Source: Eledone cirrhosa
Lineage: Eukaryota
NCBI GenBank assembly: GCA_964016885.1
Contig: OZ024744.1
Location: 99,076,001-99,140,000, forward strand
DNA: 64,000 bases
Direction of reading: 5' to 3'
This document shows, in pieces, positions 56,301 to 64,000 of this stretch. The position numbers and the translations under genes were made by a program. The stretch's first letter is position 1; every line of letters begins with the position of its first letter. The notes beneath the pieces were generated by a model, which saw nothing but the letters and a program-made list of their open reading frames with translations, did not search any database and was not told the DNA's origin.

Positions 56301-56385
56301 TTTTTTAATTTTTTTTTTTTATTTTTTTTTATTGTGCAATGGCCATACTCGATAACGAGGGGGCAGCCATCATATCATATATATA
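51970..56385 (+). mobile_element. Full-length RTE-clade LINE with microsatellites expanded in both UTRs
   Basis: GC-rich 5' UTR after poly-T, with TCTAGGAGAAGG..TAAAACC motif; intact ORF; 3' stem-loop CTCG-ATAA-CGAG at ~56348. Confidence 0.85.
52356..55901 (+). CDS. RTE LINE ORF: APE endonuclease + reverse transcriptase + 3 C2H2 zinc fingers (~1181 aa from the first ATG)
   Basis: CWNVRTL, ERRTA, LSETRL, GVGF, VYAPT, GDFNA, WTDH, QSGFR, GVKQG, LYADD, YLGS, RLRWSGH; three CxxC-x12-Hx3-4H fingers; no stops. Confidence 0.93.
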   Translation: MMFQNNVNEIIANLGSGTKEIIGNKGRGPKLSQPGPARHRAIVIEPNRAFSLGCWNVRTLLDRDSLERPERRTALVAKELRRYDLDIVALSETRLAGDGHLTEFCGEYTFFWKGRDEGTRREAGVGFAVKTVLVNKLEEFPVGISERLMSMRVPLDKGRYATLVSVYAPTMNSVDEEKLSFYHALKGVLRNIPQADKVIVLGDFNARVGRDFNTWNVIGRHGVGKCNSNGMLLLQMCEELDLCVTNTMFQRENKFKTTWMHPASKEWHLLDYVLVRMRDRQDVRCVRVLRGAECWTDHRLVRAKVNLITKRKIRAPGVTLPKRLNAARLKDKNVKRTLEEEMQAADLGEDWPTLKKSVYDVGRRVLGLVQRKHQDWFNEKDVHIDDLLADKRRALSRYLTARPQERNTLHEELRDVKSRVRRSLSQMKDQWWSEKAGEIQTASDCNNTKLLYSLLREVYGPSSSLVTPIRSRDGKELLRDSQGILRRWREHFDDLLNQPSVVSEDFLNLIPESPVKVALAEPPTLVEVAVAISKLNSGRSPGMDGIHAELLQYGGERLLQHLHSLFGRIWANESVPEDWRDAVMVVLYKGKGNRNDCGNYRGISLLSVVGKVLCRVLLDCLLTHIADCVLPESQSGFRVGRGTTDMIFSARQLQEKCIEQGLDLYQVFVDLTKAFDTVNRDALWKVLQKLGCPDKFLALVRSFHDDMKAWVNVGGNMSEPISVKNGVKQGDIPAPTLFAIYFAMVFCVAFRNCEHGVYIRYRTSGSIFNIRRFAAKTKVFTSVIRDLLYADDCDLVAHTESDMQHILNVFSDACTALGLTVSLKKTVVMYQPAPGRQYTEPNIYVYGERLGVVDQFVYLGSTVNRYGNLDSEISLRIRKASDAFGKLERRLWGRRDICRRTKVRVYRACVLSCLLYACETWVTYRRHLKQLERFHQMCLRRIHGVHWRDHISDVEILESSMCDSIEALVLKQRLRWSGHLARMKDSRIPKQLFYGELVKGKRPPHKPKKRYKDSLKASLRDANISADTWENVAADRNKWRKTVYEGKVAFEASRIAHEKVKRDVRKGIAVALPDGEGPPMFLTCGVCARLCLSKAGLESHLRSHKVRPVVDYQAAVGDATHHACQTCGRECKSAGGLKRHAKVHELQPQPTIPSKCFGCRLCARHFGSLAGLKSHIRSQHC

Positions 56386-56659
56386 TATGTATGTATATGT
56401 GTGTATGTATATGTATTTATATTTATGTTTCTATGTGTATGTATGTGTGTATATATGTGTGTGTGGTTGTATATATGTATGTGTATGTATGGATGTGTTG
56501 ACATTTATGTGCGTATGTATATATGTGTTTGTGTGTATTTATATACACATATGTGTGTATATATGTGTGCGTGTGTGTATGTATGAGTGTATGTATGAGT
56601 GTATGTATGTGTATATATATATATATGTATGTATATGTATATATATATATATGTATGTA

Positions 56660-57423
<764 letters not shown>

Positions 57424-57549
57424 AACATGACCCTCCCAAAGTATAACAATATCGGTTTCAACACACGATTTCAGATAAAGAATCTTGCTAAACAAATTCA
57501 GAAACGAAATATATATATATAAACGTTTGTAGTTGTAAGGCCAACTATG

Positions 57550-58201
<652 letters not shown>

Positions 58202-58436
58202 AAGATGGCGTAGGACAGAACAAAGGAGAGGCACAAAAACAAAGAAAAGAATCCCCAGTCACTGAAGAGGTCGCGGAATGTGTGACGAAAGAACTTTGAC
58301 AATATATGAACAACCGTCCGGTAATGGAACCAACCAACCAACAGGAAATTTAAAATTTAATTTATAATAAATTGGAGTGAAAGCAACTGGTGCGTGTGTT
58401 TCTTATTGGCAACATGACTCTCCCAAAGCATAACAA

Positions 58437-58531
<95 letters not shown>

Positions 58532-58589
58532 TTGCGAGGTTTTTGTATTCTGGCAATATTATTACACAAAAAAAAAATATATATATATA

Positions 58590-59607
58590 TATACAATATA
58601 TTAACAAATGGAAACTATATTTATAAAACCATATTTATTTCATTATACATATTTCAAGGACCACCAAGGCAGATTATAGTGCGCTTTCGTCAGATAAAAT
58701 ATAATATAGATTAGTTTTATAAATAAATATTGACATACCCTGAAAAATGCAACCCTCACGGTTGGAGTCTCCTGGGTAGTGGTGTTATTAGATTTATTGT
58801 TGGTTTATTATGCAAATTAGTGTCGGAAAGGTTTAAATAACAGTATATTTAAATTACACCGTTGGAAGAGGGAAAAAAGAAAGAGAAAAAGAAAAAAAGA
58901 AAGAGAAAAAGATATATAAATATATATAAAGGTTCTTAACATACACATTTAAACTTCTGATTGAATTGATAAATTATTAATTTATTAAACCCTAGATAAA
59001 ATTCTTCAACCTATCATTATAACGAACCCGGCTATTATTCATCTACGATATATTCATTTATTCATTTCTTCGCTTCTTCTCCCATAACGTAAACAATAAT
59101 TACGTTATTACTGTCCCTATAACTAATATTCTCTCTCACTTAAATATACTCACGTTGTTTCTCTTTCTCTTTCTCTTTCTTTTTCTATTTCTTTTTCTCT
59201 TTCTTTTTTCTTTTTTCTTTTTTCTCTTTCTTTTTTCCCTCTTCCAACGGCGTAATTTAAATATACTGTTATTTAAACCTTTCCGACACTAATTTGCATA
59301 ATAAACCAACAATAAATCTAATAACACCACTACCCAGGAGACTCCAACCGTGAAGGTTGAATTTTTCAGGGTATGTCAATATTTATTTATAAAACTAATC
59401 TATATTATATTTTATCTGATGAAAGCGCACCATAATCTGCCTTGGTGGTCCTTGAAATATGTATAATGAAATAAATATGGTTTTATAAATATAGTTTCCA
59501 TTTGTTAATATATTGTATATTTACTCCAATTAATTTGTTGAGTGCTTTATATCAGTTATAAAAATATTTTGCTGGTTGTATCCCAACAAATTAAGTATAA
59601 CCTCTAC
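58590..59607. mobile_element. Fold-back insert: ~320-bp arms, ~290-bp spacer, right-hand tail, paired hammerheads
   Basis: 58592-58910 mirrors ~59200-59520; hammerheads 58636-58701(-) and 59408-59473(+). Confidence 0.88.
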
Positions 59608-59629
59608 ACACACACACATATATATATAT

Positions 59630-59910
59630 TGAAAATTAGAATTGGTGCTCTGAAATAGCGATATATATATGAATGTATATATAGTGTATTTTGCAATACA
59701 CTGTATGCTTAATTAAAAGCATTTCGAAGACCTTACACTGTTGTTTCAGAGTAGTGACAGTCTCACTTACTTTAGATTTTCAGCAAACAGGGGCTGAAAA
59801 TTTAAAGTAAGTGAGACTGTCACTACTCTAAAACAATAGCGTAAGGTCTTCGAAATACTTTTAATTAAGCATACAGTGTATTGCAAAATACACTATATAT
59901 ACATTCATAT
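59630..59910. mobile_element. Fold-back insert: ~120-bp arms, 7-bp spacer, left-hand tail
   Basis: TTTTCAGC-AAACAGG-GCTGAAAA centre at ~59784-59790. Confidence 0.82.
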
Positions 59911-59915
59911 CATTC

Positions 59916-59956
<41 letters not shown>

Positions 59957-59957
<1 letters not shown>

Positions 59958-60147
59958 CGAAGGAAATGTGGTAAGGAACCAGGTGGACCATAACGCACCA
60001 AAGTACTCAATACTTAGGGTAGTAGAGTGGGTAATAGGAACGAGTAAGACCCCGACGGCTGAGCTCAAGCCGTTTCGACGGTTAATTCTGGACTCCAGAA
60101 TTAGCCGTCGAAACGGCTTGAGCTCAGCCGTCGGGGTCCTACTCGTT

Positions 60148-60152
<5 letters not shown>
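59957..60152. mobile_element. Fold-back insert: ~59-bp arms, 1-nt spacer, left-hand tail; carries the 3' half of a hammerhead
   Basis: AATTCTGGA-C-TCCAGAATT centre; GAAACGGCTTGAGCTCAGCCGTC^GGGG. Confidence 0.85.
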
Positions 60153-60196
<44 letters not shown>

Positions 60197-60198
<2 letters not shown>

Positions 60199-60532
60199 AA
60201 ACAAAATGAAAACGAAATTTCATTTCTCACTCTTAGTATGGCAGATGGGTAAACGGTGCTGATGATAGCTAACAAGCTTGAAACTAGTACATCGTTCCCG
60301 TGTCAGTGTTGAACAAAAAGGTGACGTGGTTGCCTTAACACCGTATGGCATAAATTCAGGCTGTTCAGTTTGTTTACAAACGAACAAAGCGACGTTAGCG
60401 CCGCTAAACTGATACGTGCATATATGTATGTGTACCTGAATGCATATGTATGTATATATGTATATATATATATATATGTGCATGCTACTGTACGTCTGTA
60501 TACATATATGTATGTACGTATACATGCATACT

Positions 60533-60540
<8 letters not shown>
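60197..60540. mobile_element. Inverted (twin-primed) short copy of the 25841-26562 family
   Basis: Antisense tail 60197-60246 matches 25842-25890, followed by a sense arm with a hammerhead at 60252-60296. Confidence 0.8.
60252..60296 (+). ncRNA. Minimal type I hammerhead ribozyme
   Basis: AACGGTG-CTGATGA-TAGCT AACA AGCTT-GAAACTAGTA^CATCGTT. Confidence 0.88.
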
Positions 60541-60579
<39 letters not shown>

Positions 60580-60622
60580 ATATACATATAAATATATATA
60601 TATATATATATAAATATACATG

Positions 60623-60725
<103 letters not shown>

Positions 60726-60829
60726 GTATATAGTTTTGCGAGGTTTTTGATATGAATTATACTTGATATGAATTATACTTGGGGAGGGTCATATTTGTGT
60801 AATATTGCCAGAATTAATAACAGAACACA

Positions 60830-62858
60830 CTCACTGTTTGGTTGGTTTTCGCTTCTGTGTCTTTTATATCGGTTAATTTAATTTATTCCGTCCTCAATGT
60901 TGCCATTGACTGACCAACGGTCAAAAATACAGATACAATATAGACACAAACACATATATATAGTCTATCAAAGTTCTTTCGTTGCACATCTGCAACATCG
61001 TCAGTGGTGCTATTGTTTCCTCCCGTTGCATTGTATTTTCTACGCCATCTTTATTTAGTCTGTTTATATATTTATTTATTTGTTTTGTTTTTTTGTCTTC
61101 TTTGCGCATGCGTTTGCGTGTGTCTATAGGGTTTTGTTTGATGTGTGTTCGTGATTGGGTGACTGTGTATTGGTTAATGTATTCTATCTTTACTAGAGTG
61201 TGTTTATATGTGTTTGTTGTTATTGTGCTTGTGTATGTATTTATTTATCTATTTATTTATTTATTTATTTATACTTCTCTTAGGTCAGTGTTGTTTGTTT
61301 GGGTGTTGTTGTTATTCCATTCATTTTTTCTGTTTAGCATTGGCCTTCTAAGTTCTATTTCACTGGCCTCTCTGATTTGCCTATCTGCTGGGTGATTTCT
61401 ATGTTTAGATATTATTCTAATTTCTATGTTGTCTATGTTACCGTCGTGTTGTTGTCTGGCATGTTTGTATAGTACTGAACCGTTTTTTCGTCCTTTTAGT
61501 TCCCCCCAGTGTTGGTCTATCCTTTCACCTATGCTACGAGTTGTCTCGCCTATGTATGTTGTTGTCGTGTTTCTGCAAGTACCCTCTGTACATCTTATAC
61601 TATAGACTACGTTTCTAGTTTTACAGTTTATCCGGGGTTTACTTTACATATGATACATTTCCTATTAGTACAGTGGGTTTTCTTAAAAGAGTTGGTTTTG
61701 CCGATCAGGGATTTTATGGTGGTTCCTGGATTTTCTACCACCTTAATCTTTAAGTGGGTCTTTCTCAGGTCCTTTCTACACTGGTTAGCTAATTTCCCTC
61801 CAGGAGTAGCGTCCACAAACATGACACTCTGGTATCTCTGGTTGTCGTACCATGAAGTGGCTTTCCCTATCTTATGTCTAGCCCTATCTAAGCTATTCCA
61901 TGATTTGCTCCTGTATAATGGGAAAATTCCTTTCATGTCCAGTTCTATGAGGGTCTTATACTTCTCCGTGGCTCCTTCGTATACTCTGATTCTCACTCTT
62001 TGTTTGTAGCCAGAGAACTGCATGCGGTTGATGAAGTGTTGGATGTGTCTTTCCATTTCTGCTGGGTCGCACATGCGGGACACATTCTTCATCACTCGTA
62101 CCAAGTCTGCGATCTGAATATTAAACTTAGCGCTACTGGACATTGCTGAGTTTTTGAGTATCAGGTATTTGGAGGCCATGGGTTTAGCATAGTGTGAGTG
62201 GAGAATTTGGGCTCTCTCGTCTATAGTGTTAATCCAGAGTTCCGTGTCTAATACAGGTAGTCTATTGTTAGGGTGTTTGGAAGGGTAGTCGATAGTAATA
62301 GTTATACTCTGGTGTATGGAATGATCTATCTGCTGGCTGCTTTCCATTGTGCTACGTTCTAAATCAAACTTGTTAGTGCTCTCTAGTGGGGATGTTCTTA
62401 TTACTATATTGATATCGTCTACGTAACGAGAGTACATGATGAGGTCTATGGAGCTCTCATCAAGGAGATCTTTAAGTCTCTTTTCCCACCATACCATAAA
62501 AAGGTTGGCAACGTCACCAGCTATGCTGACGCCAATGGCTGCTCCCTCATTTTGGGTGTAGATCTTCTCGTTGAACTTGAATATGTGGCCCTTTAGGGTA
62601 GTTTTGATACTAGCCCCTATTGCATGTGCGACAATTTTTCTTACCTGATCATTGTTTTGGGGGGTCCGTATAGCTTTGGTCCACCCAATCCACCTTCCCA
62701 TGGGAGTCTTTTTAGCCATTGAGGTTATGGTGGGGGGTCTACCTCTTATGGGTCTACTGGGGCAGAAACGTCTAAGGTCATGGCTGTCTAGGTAGTCAGT
62801 GTCGTAGGTAAGTCTAAGTAGGAGGCCCAGTTCGTCTGTGTTGACGTCGCAGAACAGG
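60830..62858 (-). mobile_element. 5'-truncated Penelope-like element (Naiad-like): RT + GIY-YIG + 3' hammerhead
   Basis: QNEGAAIG, YSRYVDD, LPVLD, KPMAS; EN frame 61269-61631 NVVYSIRC..C..YIGET..RQIREA..LNRKNEW; hammerhead 60967-61008(-). Confidence 0.85.
61628..62858 (-). pseudogene. PLE reverse transcriptase, 5'-truncated, stop before the endonuclease
   Basis: ORF 61628..62899; its first residues read across the inversion junction. Confidence 0.85.
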
Positions 62859-64000
62859 CGGATTGGGTGGACCAAAGCTATACGGACCCCCCAAAACAAT
62901 GATCAGGTAAGAAAAATTGTCGCACATGCAATAGGGGCTAGTATCAAAACTACCCTAAAGGGCCACATATTCAAGTTCAACGAGAAGATCTACACCCAAA
63001 ATGAGGGAGCAGCTATTGGCGTCAGCATAGCTGGTGACGTTGCCAACCTTTTTATGGTATGGTGGGAAAAGAGACTTAAAGATCTCCTTGATGAGAGCTC
63101 CATAGACCTCATCATGTACTCTCGTTTCGTAGACGATATCAATATAGTAATAAGAACATCCCCACAAGAGAGCACTAACAAGTTTGATTTAGAACGTAGC
63201 ACAATGGAAAGCATCCAGCAGATAGATAATTCCATACACCAGAGTATAACTACTACTATCGACTACCCTTCCAAACACCCTAACAATAGACTACCTGTAT
63301 TAGACACGGAACTCTGGATTAACACTATAGACGAGAGAGCCCAAATTCTCCACTCACACTATGCTAAACCCATGGCCTCCAAATACCTGATACTCAAAAA
63401 CTCAGCAATGTCCAGTAGTGCTAAGTTTAATATTCTAATCGCAGACTTGGTACGAGTGATGAAGAATGTGTCCCGCATGTGCGACTCAACAGAAATGGAT
63501 AGACACATCCAACACTTCATCAACCGCATGCAGTTCTCTGGCTACAAACAAAGAGTGAGAATCAGAGTATACGAAGGAGCCACGGAGAAGTATAAGACCC
63601 TCATAGAACTGGACATGAAAGGAATTTTCCTATTATATAGGAGCAAATCATGGAATAGCTTAGATAGGGCTAGACATAAGATAGGGAAAGCCACTTCATG
63701 GTACGACAACCAGAGATACCAGAGTGTCATGTTTGTGGACGCTACTCCTGGAGGGAAATTAGCTAACCAGTGTAGAAAGGACCTGAGAAAGACCCACTTA
63801 AAGATTAAGGTGGTAGAAAATCCAGGAACCACCATAAAATCCCTGATCAGCAAAACCAACTCTTTTAAGAAAACCCACTGTACTAATAGGAAATGTATCA
63901 TATGTAAAGTAAACCCCGGATAAACTGTAAAACTAGAAACGTAGTCTATAGTATAAGATGTACAGAGGGTACTTGCAGAAACACGACAACAACATACATA
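62859..64000 (+). pseudogene. Inverted second arm of the same PLE (RT and start of EN), running off the window
   Basis: Reverse complement of ~61550-62690 with few substitutions (e.g. YVDD vs FVDD). Confidence 0.88.

Overview
Eukaryotic, gene-free, repeat-saturated DNA. The microsatellite load and SINE/LINE types suggest a cephalopod (Octopus-like) genome; this is inference. Positions 1-19,000 are nested satellite DNA: a 46-bp unit, a 1445-bp macro-unit carrying an 85-bp minisatellite, and a 27-bp unit derived from the 46-mer. Positions 19,000-64,000 are retroelements sorted by microsatellite type. (ATT)n tracts hold Tx1/L1-like LINEs (+) alternating with R4/Dong-like fragments (-). There is also an intact RTE LINE with three C-terminal C2H2 fingers, a CRE-like relic between Helitron-like ends, and several Penelope-like elements (PLEs). 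The main hidden signal is about 25-30 type I hammerhead ribozyme motifs in about 10 families, folded by eye. Most lie in short head-to-head fold-back inserts in (TA)n, with one arm carrying an extra tail and the other ending at an internal TA-rich site. This fits a twin-priming, (TA)n-targeting, ribozyme-carrying non-autonomous PLE system. Two families carry non-canonical cores (U4A, U4C). Boundaries are approximate and no searches were run.
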